DNA from: Yuukianura sp. NJ FZ-2021
Lineage: Eukaryota
DNA: 64,000 nt
Assembly: GCA_046563655.1 (NCBI GenBank)
Contig: CM102285.1
Span: 7,936,001 to 8,000,000 of the forward strand
Reading direction: 5' to 3'
Shown piece by piece: positions 11,191 to 23,400 of this stretch. The notes beneath the pieces were generated by a model. It saw only the letters and a list, made by a program, of their open reading frames with translations. It was not told the DNA's origin and did no database searches. The number at the start of each line of letters is the position of its first letter. Within the stretch, counting starts at the first letter, position 1. Made by a program: the position numbers and the translations under genes.

Positions 11191-12387
11191 TCAATCCAGT
11201 TTTACCTTCTGCATAAGGTCACGACCAAGCAGAGAAGAACCAGTTGTGACTGGAAACTGGTGTGTCACATTTTGACCATTGTACGAGACTGTCGTAGGTA
11301 ACTCACCCTTTGGTCGAAATGTCACGTCCGGATATCCCTTGAAGACAAGAGTTGACTTTTTCAAAGTCGGAGAACCGAGACTGGCCCAAAAATCCTCCGA
11401 GAGCAGACTGTGCTCACAACCTGTGTCTAATTCAAAGGAATGTGGAACACCATTGACAATTAGACTTACGCACAGTTCCTTACGTTTACCATAGTGGACA
11501 TGATTGACAGACGAGATGTTTGAAACTTTCCCGTGTCCAGAATTGTCACGTTGGGCAGGGACTGACTTGCCCTTTGACCTGCAGAATTTTGCGTAGTGGC
11601 CCTTTTTCCCACACGAGTGACATTCTACGTCCTTCTTGTCACAGTCCTTGGCAGTCGAGTACTTACTGGAACCGCAATTTGGACAATTCTTCTTCTGGTT
11701 GTGGTTTTCCTGTTGGACATTATTAGGTTTCGCTTTTGACTTACTCTTCCATTGACCTTTACCACCCTTCCGTTGAAAAACAGCGTTTACGTTCTCCTCC
11801 TTCTGGTCTGATTTCCCATCACGAATCAGCTGTTGTGATTTAATCGCAAGTTCGTGCGATTGAGCGAGGGAGAGTACGTCGGCAAGGGAAATGTCATCCT
11901 CCTTTGTAAACAGTTGTTTCTGGGCAGCAGCATTGCCTAAACCTAGAATAAACTGGTCACGGAGGCGAGTGTCAAGGCAACATGTAAATTTGCATGTAGT
12001 TGCCAATTTTCGCAATTCGGCCAAAAATTCAGCAACCGACTCACCATGTTGCTGTACCCTTTTCCCGAATTTGAAGCGTTCGGAAATTACCTTAGGTGAC
12101 GGTTTGAAGTGCTTTGAGAGAGTATCGATGAGCACTTGTAGTGATTTTGACGTAGGATCCTCCGGTGAAAGGAGATCCTTGAGGAGCGTGTACGTACGCA
12201 TCCCTAGAGACGAGCAGAAGACGGCCTTACATCTCGTGTCCTGTTCCTTTTCGTCGATACCGTTAGACAGGAGGAAAAATTTGAATAAGTCCGTCCAGTC
12301 GTCAAAGTCATCTTTGTCATGATCAAAGGACGGAACGGAGCCGATGACGTTAACGAACTGAGTCGTTTTAGAAGAGCCAGAAGCCAT
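11191..12387 (-). CDS. gag: Mag-like Gag-protease
   Basis: Motifs ERFKF..R.Q..GES, LRDQFI.GL, CHSCGKKGHYAKFC knuckle, LDTG protease and LLGRD. It is in frame with pol, separated by one TGA. Confidence 0.93.
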   Translation of the reverse strand: MASGSSKTTQFVNVIGSVPSFDHDKDDFDDWTDLFKFFLLSNGIDEKEQDTRCKAVFCSSLGMRTYTLLKDLLSPEDPTSKSLQVLIDTLSKHFKPSPKVISERFKFGKRVQQHGESVAEFLAELRKLATTCKFTCCLDTRLRDQFILGLGNAAAQKQLFTKEDDISLADVLSLAQSHELAIKSQQLIRDGKSDQKEENVNAVFQRKGGKGQWKSKSKAKPNNVQQENHNQKKNCPNCGSSKYSTAKDCDKKDVECHSCGKKGHYAKFCRSKGKSVPAQRDNSGHGKVSNISSVNHVHYGKRKELCVSLIVNGVPHSFELDTGCEHSLLSEDFWASLGSPTLKKSTLVFKGYPDVTFRPKGELPTTVSYNGQNVTHQFPVTTGSSLLGRDLMQKVKLD

Positions 12388-12574
12388 GTTTAACTGTTCC
12401 TCAGATTTAATAAGTTAGCACTTACAAAGATTATGAGGTAAGATTTTGATTGGGGAGAGGTCAATTCAAGTGATTGCAATTACCGTACCCAAAAAAACCG
12501 TGATTACCGTGAATCTTCTGTGTAGCTGTGCCTTCTTCCGTTGACTGATTGATTGGTTAACTAGCCACGCCAAA

Positions 12575-12787
12575 TGTGGTGTATTTGGCAATTTAAATAA
12601 ATGTACTTATTTATTTAATCAGACTTAATCCTAAACTAAGTGTGTGGTGAGTGGCACTCAAACATTGAGTGTCAAAACTATGTGATTTTTAGAGAGTGGT
12701 GGTGACTTAAAAGTAACCGCCACTCTGGACACAAAACTTAACTTACGGGGAAGTTGAGACTGCGCTGAAAAGCGCAAATACATTACA
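12575..12787 (-). repeat. 5' LTR of the Mag-like element
   Basis: Direct repeat of 7743-7955, with the PBS adjacent. Confidence 0.97.
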
Positions 12788-13946
12788 GAGTATTAGTTTT
12801 ATAGTAGTCACAAAATTTGGAATCGCAATTTGCAGCAAAATGCGAATTGGAACCACAAGTGTAACAGGCATTATTTGGTCGCCGATCATTCGATCGGAAA
12901 TTCTGAGGTTTCTGAGATTTAGTCCCTCCTTTTGTGGGATTTTCAGTATGAATTTTAGACAAGTCTTTTTGAGTTTCAATTATATTATTAATCAAAACCG
13001 TTTGGTCCTCAAAAAGTTTTGTTAATTTCGAAATTTCGGGAGAAGATTGCTCAGTGCAGGAATTAACAGAAACGTTATGTTCTAACATATATTGAGTCTC
13101 TGCAATTTTCCGTCCAGTTGAAATAAGTTCATCCACTGTCTTTAAATTTAGGGGATTAATTTTCTCCAAATAATATGGAAGCAGAGACCGAGTGATTTTG
13201 CGAAGCTTAATTGCTTCAGACATTGAAGGGTCATAATCATTACATAGATCTAAATAGGCATACACAAAGTCTTCAAAGGATTCTCCAATCTGTTGCTTTC
13301 TGTCTGTTAACTTCTGTTCAGCGATTTCCTTATTCGCCACAGATTGGAAGGCCCTTTGGAGAGCTTCTGTTAGCTCCGCCCGTGTGATAGTGTCTTCTGG
13401 CTCAGATTCCTTAGAGGAGGCCTTATGTTTTTCTGTCCTATCCTTTCGCAGTTCAGGTACCAAAGGCTGGCACTTGCTGTCAAATAGTTAGGCAATTGCA
13501 TTACCTTAATTTCCGGGGTCCATGAATTGGCAATACTAACCAATTCAAATTGCTGCAACCATTTGTAAGAATCGTCTTTAGGATTGAATTTAGTTGGAAT
13601 AATGCCAACTTTGGTGGGTTTTAACGCCATTTTCTTAGTGGTGCTACTACTAGTAGTGGGAGGACTTTCCATAAATTGTTAAATTGAAAACTTAGAATGT
13701 GGTCTTGGATAATTTCTCCAGAAACCAGTTAACCCCCAGAAAAAAATTTTAGTGGCACGGAAATAAGAGAAAAAACGCTAAACCGAATCCAAAAATTAAA
13801 GTAACGAAAAATGCTAATTCAAAAATAGCACACGTATCCCAATAAAAATCCTCTTTGGAAAATTGTTTATTATTGTTTTCCATGTTGTGTTACTAACTTA
13901 TGAGAAAAAAAAACAAACCAAACAACAAAAAAAAACAGCAGTGGAT

Positions 13947-14414
13947 TCAGAACATGTAATGTCCTGTTCTCTCTTCCAAACGGAAATAATGAATTTGTCC
14001 TACGGAAGAAAAAATGTAGAATTTACTAGTAATTAGCTTACGTTCATCTTTTGAAAGAGAGTTGAAATAGTGAATTGACAGTTGAATTTCGGAAATCTGC
14101 GTTGTTTTTAAAAGTCGTGCTGTTGAACAAGTTAGAACTTTAGGAGTTAAATGAATCAAAAAATATTTCGTGTGAACTCTAGTCCAATGGACTGAATTTG
14201 AAGTCTCAAAACGATGAAAATATAAAGCGGAACTAAGAACTTCAGAATGTTTCAGAAAATGCTTTTGAATTGTGACGCAATTGTTTTGAACTGCTAGTTT
14301 AAGAAACTGATACTTAACACCTCTTGAAATTAATGCTTCATTCCAATTTAAAAAATCTTCATAATTTAAAAATTCAAAGATTTTTTCCAATGAAAATTTG
14401 TCTAATTTGTGCAT
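13947..14414 (-). CDS. Element A accessory ORF 3, F-box-like N-terminus, 155 aa
   Basis: MHKLDKFSLEKIFEFLNYEDFLN resembles the F-box consensus. The C-terminal FNSLSKDERKLITSKF motif is shared with the neighbouring ORFs. Confidence 0.6.
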   Translation of the reverse strand: MHKLDKFSLEKIFEFLNYEDFLNWNEALISRGVKYQFLKLAVQNNCVTIQKHFLKHSEVLSSALYFHRFETSNSVHWTRVHTKYFLIHLTPKVLTCSTARLLKTTQISEIQLSIHYFNSLSKDERKLITSKFYIFSSVGQIHYFRLEERTGHYMF

Positions 14415-14441
14415 TTAAAAGAAATCATTTACCAGAAGGAG

Positions 14442-14905
14442 TTAAAATATCTCTTCAAGAGAGTAAATTGCTTTAAATTCGTATCCGTTTGGAAACTTTT
14501 CGCCTTCGATGAATGAAATTCGAAATTTATTTAGTAAGGAACCTTTCTCCTCGTCCGACAGTCTTTCAAAATTTTCCCTGTAAATTTCAACTGAAGTTAA
14601 AGTGGTAAAATTACATAACTCTGGAATTGAACGTTTTAATCACTAGGAAATCGTTTAAAAAACTCTTCGGATTGAATTAATGTGCAACCAAGACTAGTGG
14701 CTGTTCTCCTGGAAACATAAAAAAGAGTTGGTTCGATTTGGCTTAAAATGTTCGAAAGACGTAGTTGAGCAGTTTCAAAAATTTGATTGAATCGCCTTGA
14801 GAAGGAATCAGAAAACTGTTCAAAACTAATTTTCAAATTTTCCAAATCGTGAAAGTTTAAATAAGAAGGAATTTCTTGCAATGCGTAAAAATTAAGAGTT
14901 TCCAT
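14442..14905 (-). pseudogene. Element A accessory ORF 2, F-box-like N-terminus, one frameshift near 14640
   Basis: Starts METLNFYALQEIPSYLNFHDLENL. An alternative frame continues ...FERLSDEEKGSLLNKFRISFIEGEKFPNGYEFKAIYSLEEIF* to 14442. Confidence 0.6.
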
Positions 14906-14941
14906 TTATTTGATCATTCATAAAGTTATATTTAGGAAACT

Positions 14942-15406
14942 TTATTTAAGGCGTAATTCATACCCAGGTGGTACTAACGTGGAATCAAAGTGACCGCGAA
15001 GATGAAATTTTTGACACAACAAGGAAAGTTCATGTGGCGTTAAATTATGAACAAAAGCTACTGTAGTATTGGCTGCAATAATATTCGATTTTAAGAATAA
15101 TTGTAGGGTGGATTCGAAAGCAAGGTACGCCGGTTGATTGTCTAGAAACTCGGTTTTCTTAAGGAACCTACAATTAGGAGTACGTGAAGTGTCTATTTGA
15201 ATACTGAGTAACAAATCCACATCTAAAATATTATCAAAATGGTGAACAAGTTTGGTATTTAACTGGTGTAAAAAAATTTGAGTCTCATGTAAAAAATTTG
15301 AATATAAAGAAGGTTGTATGTTAACAGCTAATTGCAAATTTAAAATATCCTCAAAACTTAAATTGATCAAAATGTTACGAAGTGGAATTGAAGTGAATCT
15401 GTGCAT
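14942..15406 (-). CDS. Element A accessory ORF 1, F-box-like N-terminus, 154 aa
   Basis: Starts MHRFTSIPLRNILINLSFEDILNL. The C-terminal HNLTPHELSLLCQKF...PPGYEL parallels ORF 2. Confidence 0.6.
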   Translation of the reverse strand: MHRFTSIPLRNILINLSFEDILNLQLAVNIQPSLYSNFLHETQIFLHQLNTKLVHHFDNILDVDLLLSIQIDTSRTPNCRFLKKTEFLDNQPAYLAFESTLQLFLKSNIIAANTTVAFVHNLTPHELSLLCQKFHLRGHFDSTLVPPGYELRLK

Positions 15407-15897
15407 TTAGAGCGACAACTGCTTGAAGAAATCGAGTGACTTGAAAAAATTAGCAAAGACTTGCTGAAAATATAAATATAGAGAAATCAAAAGAAGATAA
15501 GAATAATTAAAGATGAAATGGATGAACACATTACCTTAGTGTTGTTTTGAAAAAACGCAAAAGAGTGTTGAAAGTTAGTTTTGTTTTTTGGAAAAAATCG
15601 TTTGTCACGTTCCTTCTGTGAGTGAGCTTTTTACGCTTTATTTTCACCTAAAAAAATACCCTTATTTTTTATTGCTTGTTTGAGCCATATAAAAAAATAA
15701 AGGTTAAGAAAAAATTTTGAAAAAAGTTAGAGTTCTCCGACGAAAACCATTTTTTTTCTTTGTTAAAAAAAAACCCGTTATGTTGAAAAAAATTTATTAT
15801 TTTCGTTTGAACTTTGTTTTTATTTTAGTGTTAGTTTAAAAAAAACACTCCGATTTCCTCATATAGAAGAAATGGGAGAATCAGCTCGTCCACCAAA

Positions 15898-16233
15898 TGT
15901 TACGTGGCCCTTTCACGTAATAAATGGTGAACATTCGTAAAAAAGATAAGTTGAGAGTAGAATCTTTATTCAGAAAACTTAATGCTAAGGGAAGGGAAAA
16001 AAGTTGGGGTTTCATGGATCGTTAAGGGAAAACCACACGCGAGCCAGAAACTAAGGGGCTGCAGAGTGTAAGTTGAAGTTCAAGCCAAGCTCCGAACCAC
16101 AACTGAAGTGTCCAGTGCTGGACCAACGCTTTTTACGGGCCAGTGCGGCCGGAAAGGAAAGTCAACTTGACGCTATCCTGACCTACCCTAAGACTGAAAA
16201 GGCACTTGGCAACTAGGGGTCAGTTACGTAAGA
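15898..16233 (-). repeat. 5' LTR of element A
   Basis: TGTTACGT...ACGTAAGA near-inverted ends, AATAAA on the minus strand near 15965, and a PBS (TGGTGGACGAG) immediately inside. Confidence 0.7.
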
Positions 16234-19200
16234 TAAGAAAAAAAAGGAAAAAGGGACAACTAAAAAGAGGTGGAATTGAGAATCTAACTTTGGGGACATC
16301 TTGACCCACCTTGTCTTCAAGGGTCCAGTTTCATTCCGGATTCCCTTTGAGTAAGATCTTAAGTAACTACAGTGAAAGTGTTCTAAGCATAACACTGATG
16401 GTCCATCAGTCGACTCCTCCACAATTCTAGTTGTTGGCGTTAAAGCGTTAGCTTTCCGCGACATTATCTTCCAAGACAATTCAATTTCAAAAAAAATATA
16501 ATATTGGCAGTGGTTAACTTTCTCAAGTCCTCTGGAATTGTCAACTTTTCAAACACAACAAAAACTTCCAATTGTCTTCGCTCATAGTATCAACTTCGAC
16601 TCGCGCTCACAAAATCTATTATCGCCATTTCCGTCGCAGTATCAAGTTGCTGAAATGACACCATCTTTAAGTTATCAGCATCCTGTCAGCAACACCTAAC
16701 CTTAGCTAGGGGTTTTCTCTTATTTTTTTACTGCTTCAAGCTAATACAAGCACATGTTGCTGATATGAAGGTATGTATTAGTGCTCGCCAAAAAATATGT
16801 TAAATTCTAATTTTGAAACTGGATTTTTTATCATGTCTTAATTTTAAAAAATGTTTGTGTCAGTGTCAAAGGTCAAGCGAAACACAAGCTTGGAGTAGCT
16901 TTGCTTTAGCATTAATTATTCATTTCCGGAGTTCTGTGACCCCATTGCTTACAGGGCTAATTAGTCATTTCCTAATCAACACTTTTTTAACTTTCAACAA
17001 TATTTGCAAATTTTTTTTAGCGAAAAAAAGTTTTTTAACAAATTTGTTACTATGTATGCTCAAAAATGTGTCAATTAGTCTAATTAACAATTTCTGGTTC
17101 TCACCTGTTCAATTTGATACTCGTGTAATCATTCTCTGCAAAATTTAAAAACAGAAAACTTTCCCGCCAAATTTGAAAAAAAAAATTTTTTGTAAAGAAA
17201 CCACACCCGAAAAAACGTTTTAGAAAAATGACGTCCTTTCCCCCTTTTGTTTTTGGTTAAATGTTGGAGCAATGTTCTTTGTATACATATGGACAATAAT
17301 TCTCCTAATAAGTGGACGATAGCTGAATCCGAAAAGGTCAAAAATGTTACTGCATTGGTTTGGCATACCAGGTGTAGGAACCGGAATCTGCCGGTTGCGA
17401 TCTTTTCTGTTCATCCGAGTCACAACACCACAGATTTATATTGACATGTCCAAACCGTCCGCATCGTGAGCACACAGTAGTTCGTTCTCCAACGACGATG
17501 GTATCATGTGAAGTTGTGGTTTAATATTTGGCGAAAATTTAGCAACAAACGTGACACAGGAACACGAGCAACTGGTTCCATAGACAACGGCGTCAACCTT
17601 GGATCACATCAACGCGTTGATCTTCCTGGCTAGAATAAGATATTATCTCAACTATTATCATTTTAACAAGCAAAGTAACAGATATACTTACGGATATATT
17701 GGTAACTATACGTACGAACAAGAGGGCTGTTAATCCATGTACTTAGTGTAAACATGTACCTAGTGTAACTGAGATTGGACCCATAGAAAAAAAGCTGATT
17801 TCCCCGACTATGTATTTGGCAAGGTTAGTATACTATTGGCAGGGCTATGCTATGAGGGATGACATCCCCCCCGTGCATTCGTCCGCCCATTTTTTAGTAA
17901 ACAGCTAACAAAGACCGTTCAGCGTATCCAGCTTCCTTTGGATGCTGCGATGGAATCTACAGTACCAAACACTTTAAGTAGCTCATCACGGATTTCGGTA
18001 TTTTGTGGTGGGTTAGCCCTCATCTGTCCCAAATGATTCACCAGCCAATCTTCGGCTGCCTTTTCTAAGCTGGAAGGAATAAGCCCCATGTCGTCGGAGG
18101 TAGCCTATTCGCCATCGCTGCGAGCTCCCATTTGACTAAGAAGCGATGTACACACTCGGATTTCGTACCTCCGAATTTCGGAATCGGAAAAGGGACCGAG
18201 ACTCGCTGAGGTAATGGTGGAGTAGGAAAATTCACGACTTTCGATTTTGTTCCTGAGCTGAATCAAGTGAAGTGGTAAGATTTTCCAAAGAGGGTTTTGC
18301 CTGGGGCGCCTGCACGAGGGGGGGGGGGGGTAAGGGTGGGGGTGCTGGTATTATGGACGGCATTACAGGGAACTCTGGAAACGAGAAATTGGATCGGCCA
18401 TGGGAAGGGACAAGTTAGGGAACACAGGAAGCCAGCCTACTATGCACCTACTATGTGGACTAAGCTACATTCGGATATTTTTGTAGACAGCAAGCATATA
18501 AATGTCTATTTTTGATAGTGAAATATTTTCTCACCGTGAAACCGAATGGATTGTGTTTCCCAAGTAAAATCGGAGAAGGCTGTTTTCCCGCTGAAGTGTT
18601 GATAACGTGCGAAACACACTGATTTCCTACTGTCGTCCCGTAGAAATCAAAAGGTTCCGGAATTGTGGCTGTCGATGGTGGTATTGTTAGTGGTGTTACC
18701 GAGAGTGAGGACCAAAGTGATGTAGTTGCCTCAAATCTCAAAATCCAAGTCCGGGTCCCTTGCCCAGGGTGTGGTTTTTGTAACATTTTTCTCCTACTCA
18801 GTTTCGCAAAAGAAACGTAGGTCAGCACGCGCTCACCTCACATTTCCATGGCGTGATCCGACTATCGAGAAGTGCGTTGAGTTTGACGCAGCATGGATGC
18901 TGTAGATCTATACTGGACGATCCCTAGGTGTGGTTCAGTGAACTCTTAATACTTTCCCCGTCTTTGCCTTTTCACTACAAGAGGACATTCATCTCCCCGT
19001 CCTATACTAACTGTAGAACAGAATCTAGTTGCTAAAAAAAATCTTTGCCAAAGTCTGCATGTCAGATTTGAGTGGAGAAACAAACTTTTGAAGCTCTGCC
19101 TTTCCTGGCAAAGTACATGGGGGGAGACTCCATCCTATTGGTTAGTCTCCGCCCGTTCCGGTGCAGGTATATGCTCTTTTTAGTGAAAAGCTTGTGTGAA

Positions 19201-19481
19201 ATGTTCGATTCGCATTGAGTACCACAGTGTAGACTTACCGTCCGGGGGTGATGCATTTTCACACATCTGGTAGTACACGGCTACCATTCCCTTCAATATA
19301 TATGGCAACACGGGAGGAGGGGGATCGTATGTATGCTATAGGAAGTCGACTATATACGCACACAGCGTTGCCAACCCGTGTACCCGAATTTTTTCCCCAG
19401 CTAAAGTTACGCACTCGTCCCGACATGCGTAGTGGTTAATTTTATGATATTACACACTGGGCGTGGTATAGTGTTACCATT

Positions 19482-19864
19482 TGTGAGGGTCTCTTACGGG
19501 GATAAGAGACCTCACACCGGATTGGGTGCCAGCATATGCTCTGTCGAGTTAGGGGAGTATATGCGGAGACCCGGGAGAAAGAGGGCAGTACTCGGATAGA
19601 GGTCCTCCAGTGAGGATCTCTATCCGAGGAAGACTACTCGAGTAGCATTACCGGTATAGTATAGTTGAGAGTCCTACCTGTGATCGAGGGTTTGGTTGTG
19701 GTGAATAAAGATCATCGGTTGGCCTATTCGGAGGAGTTGTCGTGCGTGTTATTGTCCAGCTTGTCGTGAGTCACTGAGCCAGGCCGTTCGGTATGTGGGA
19801 AGACGATGCTCTCCATGAGTCGACATCGGCGTGTGAGGAGACACCTAGGACAGGGATCCCCACA
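19482..19864 (+). repeat. 5' LTR of element C
   Basis: TG...CA ends like the element B LTR, a terminal hairpin, GAATAAAG near 19703, and an adjacent PBS. Confidence 0.8.
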
Positions 19865-20491
19865 TATATGGTCCTATTCGAACCGGATCCTACTATTTTT
19901 TTCAGAAAGGAAGGGAAGTTCGAGTCATCATATACCTAGCGACATGGTGTTTATTACTTTCTTTTCGTTTGCACCGCAGGGGTAAGATAAATATTGCGTT
20001 TTAAACAGTTATTGGCACATAGGCGACATTCGGGTTTGGTTAAGTAGATATTGTCGCAGAAACAACGAAAACACTTACTAACATGATGTTCACGGCTGTG
20101 CTCAAATGAGGAAAACAGCATGAGGCAATGGCGACAATATAAACATACGGTAGTCTTATGTTTTTCAAATTCTTCGATGTTTTTCATATTACTGCCACAA
20201 CTGTTACAGTGGTTACAGCCGGCAAAGCGTTGCTTCTTCTCCTTATCGGTGGTTAAATGCTTCTTCTTCTCAGACAACTAAGATCAATAGTTAGGGGTTT
20301 TCAATCCTAGGTTGCGTTAAAGAGGAAATAGAGGCATCTTACCGTGAAACCATGCTGAGAACACATAGGAGCTGCAGGCTAGGGCGTGAACATCGGAAGC
20401 GCTGACACAAAAAGCACGCTCACAGCCACACCGTTGGTCCACTCGTTCTGTTGGGTCGTGAGAAATTACATGATCTTCGAATTCGGCGGCG

Positions 20492-23400
20492 CACATTGGT
20501 TTATGGTATAGGACTGGAGACGCCAAAACTCAGAACCTCGTAATAATGTTTAAATATGGTTAAATATTGATGTTAAGCGTATTTTGACATAGCTTACACC
20601 TTGACGCGACCTTTAACCTTTCACTAACATGTATGATATTCAAAGCTTTACGAAATGGGTAGGCATGTCTTATGTCGTTCGAAAAATTATATACAGGAGA
20701 GTTTACTAGTTCGTATTTTACACCTCGTCACTATTGACATTCGGCCTCGTGGCCTTGTGACAATACGCAAATTTAAATTCAAGAAATTTTTTAGTAAATT
20801 GGTAAATTTATGAAATTGAAAAATTAAGAAAATTTAAAAAACTACGAACGACAATTCACATCCCGTCCTCCCCATCAGAAATCTCCAGATCGTCCAAATA
20901 AAGTATGGTTTCCGGTAGCCCAGTACAATCCTCCTGTTCATCATCTTCCAGTTCGTCCAACACAACTTCAAACGGAGCCGACAGCAACTTTTTAACCTCT
21001 TCCGGAAGGGGTGCGTGTTTCTGCTTTCGAATCCTTTTATCCAAACTGAATGAAGAAATAATTGGATCGGATGAATCTAACACTCGATTGAAAACGTCCA
21101 TCAAGTTCGCAGTTCTACTTTGTCTTCTGGCATGGGATATGCGAAACTTCTTGTAGACTTTATTCTGTCCCTCAGATGCTTCTTCCCCCATCATTCCTAG
21201 CGAAAGTAAGCTATTGATGATGATTTCCTTTCCGTGAATCAGAATCTAGAAGCAAAGCATAAAGTTGTGTTAGTAAAATCACTTTAAACTTTACATCTGC
21301 GAGTTGTATACCTTGTGGACAGAAGAGGGCATTGGGTACCATGAATAATTGTCGACATACTTCTGAGCAGTATTTTTACAGAACGCTCCAAATGAGATTG
21401 GATCAATCGGCAACTGGCAAGACAGAGCAATCAAAATCGTACGGAAGGCAAATACAAGATCGGGATTCAATCCTAAAATTAGTTAGGATAAGTTGCGATA
21501 ATAAGAACAAATTTCGGTCATTTATTTTTATGTGTTATCGATTACCAGTGATTTCAGCGAATTTCCTTGAATCCTTAAACACACGCCGAGCCGTGTTGCC
21601 ATCGTTTGTTGATCCAGCTCCTCCTGGTTTAGGACGGTCAACCTTAGTTCCGAGCTGGGTCCAAAGTTCCTTTTGAATTTGAGCTTTTCGTGCTCCAAGT
21701 GATCCCTTCGGAGCATGCCACTTTTTCAAGTGTAGTCGGTATGAGATTTTCAGGAGACATTCCATAAGTCTTATCCAGGCGTGAAGGGGACTGATTCCAT
21801 ATTTGAGGGTTCCCGGCGCCGGATCAAATATTTCACTGTCAATGTTGCTCAAATCGTTGAATTGCTTCGGGGTGGCTTTACATATTGGACAATTTTGCAT
21901 GGAGGAAGTGTTTGTCAGAATGCTTAACACCTTCCCATCAATTAGTGTCATGGAAAGTGAAAAGTTGACAAGGACCTTTGTTCTCCCCAGAAATACTTCA
22001 AATGTCTTTAACGCTGATATTTTTCCATCCATTGTTGCCTTTTCTTTGAGAATGTGGTCCTTTGACTCCTTTACAAATTCAATTTTGATGGGTCTGCAGT
22101 ACCGCACGGATTGGGGTGTTTGGTTACTCCAAAGAATTGATCCATCTTCACCCACTAATCGCAAGGGAATCATAGTTGTAGCAAACAGGCTTTCGTCAGA
22201 AACACTTTCGGATTCAAATCTTTGTTTGAACTGGGACTGCCCGCTACTACCATCGAATCCCCATGAACAAATTAGTGTTGCGGCGCAGGTTTTTTGACGT
22301 CTTGCCTCTACGTGCTGAGTAATAACTTCCTCTTGAAGTGTGCAAATCCTTTTTGCTGTGTGGCTCATTAGAGCCTGAAGATCCGACTCAGCTAAATGCT
22401 CTGACACATTTAGTTTACTTGGAGGAGGTCTGCATTCCGATTTCGCAGCAAGAACTTGGTGATAAGGGGGATAAATGTCTGCCTTCTTCCTAATAGCCCC
22501 TGACCTTAGAGCAGTGTATTGCTCTTTTGATAGTGAGAGGTCCAGTATCAAAGCCAACGCTTCCTCCACTGAATAGCGTGACACACCTTCCGTTGGACCG
22601 AACAACCTCTTCCTGATTTTAGTGGGGCGACTTGGGCTGCGGTTGGCTTCACTTAGAACCGATGCTAGGTCTCGTTTTCCTGACGCATAGGCTGAGTGCC
22701 CCGCTGCAGCAACAAGTAAGGTTGTCCCAGTTCCTTGGTCTGATAGCTCTTCACTCAATCTTTTCGCATCTCTTTGCTTAGACCTGACACTTTTTTCGTC
22801 AAAAGGTATCGGCGGACGGCCCCCACTGACGTTTCTGTGACGCTCAGGGACATTGACAAGCGGGTGCTCGACCTATCGAATAAAAACCTTACATAAAGAC
22901 ACCGCGTAGTCTGGGAAATAATATTTAGTAAAATTACTCGCCTTGAATTCTAGATTTAGCCATTCTCCATTTTTAGCCTGGAACCTCTGCCTGTTGTAAG
23001 AGGACGCCTTAAACCGCACAGTGAAGTTGCCATGTAAGCTTCTAATTCTTGAAAACAATGCGTAACTTTTGTCTTGGCTGATGTACGTCTTGTCAATGTG
23101 TAGTTCGTTAAACAACCAGTCCAATGCAGCTTTTGAATCCTCGGTTTTCTTTCCAGTTTCAAATTGAGAGCAAATGTCACCATTCGTAAACGTCATGCCC
23201 GTTGCCATTGTAACCTAAAGTTGTGAATAATCATAATTCATAACGTGTCTAACGTGTAAAACTTATACTTGAAAATACTCAGACTTAAACTTAAAACTTA
23301 AATCTGAAAGCAACGGACGAAAAAGAATATTGACTTAAGTTAATTACATTTGAAATTACCTTTTTTCAAGATGAGTTTGATCTTCGGTTTCGATTGTTGT

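Larger units (their letters stand above)
7743..12787 (-). mobile_element. Nested full-length Ty3/Gypsy (Mag-like) LTR retrotransposon, 5045 bp
   Basis: 213-bp LTRs at 7743-7955 and 12575-12787 (TG...CA, one mismatch seen). 5-bp TSD GAGTA at 7738-7742 and 12788-12792. PBS TGGCGTGGCTAG and PPT TAGAGGGGAAGGAAA. Confidence 0.97.
7409..13672 (-). pseudogene. gag: Element A gag, frameshifted near 13460 and split by the nested element 7743-12787
   Basis: Capsid-like W..FE...ANSW and RKQQIGESF motifs, plus zinc knuckle CYTCGSNSHFAANC. Removing the insert restores CDYYKTNTHSTFEC. Confidence 0.85.
2675..16233 (-). mobile_element. Element A: decayed Ty3/Gypsy LTR retrotransposon (5' LTR, three extra ORFs, gag, PR-RT-RH-IN; 3' end missing)
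   Basis: Order is LTR 15898-16233, PBS TGGTGGACGAG, gag 13672->7409, ILDTGSS protease, YLDD RT, RNase H (VTDSS), integrase. It has several frameshifts and two nested insertions. Confidence 0.9.

Noticed and set aside
8691..12322. Antisense and alternate-frame ORFs overlapping the Mag-like gag/pol (and similarly element B pol and Transib)
   Set aside because: These are shadow frames of long coding sequences with no independent signals.
17220..19440. Short ORFs, including a CSRCGRFGH knuckle-like peptide near 17450
   Set aside because: The frames are riddled with stops and give no coherent gene or termini. This is probably decayed TE sequence that I cannot assign.
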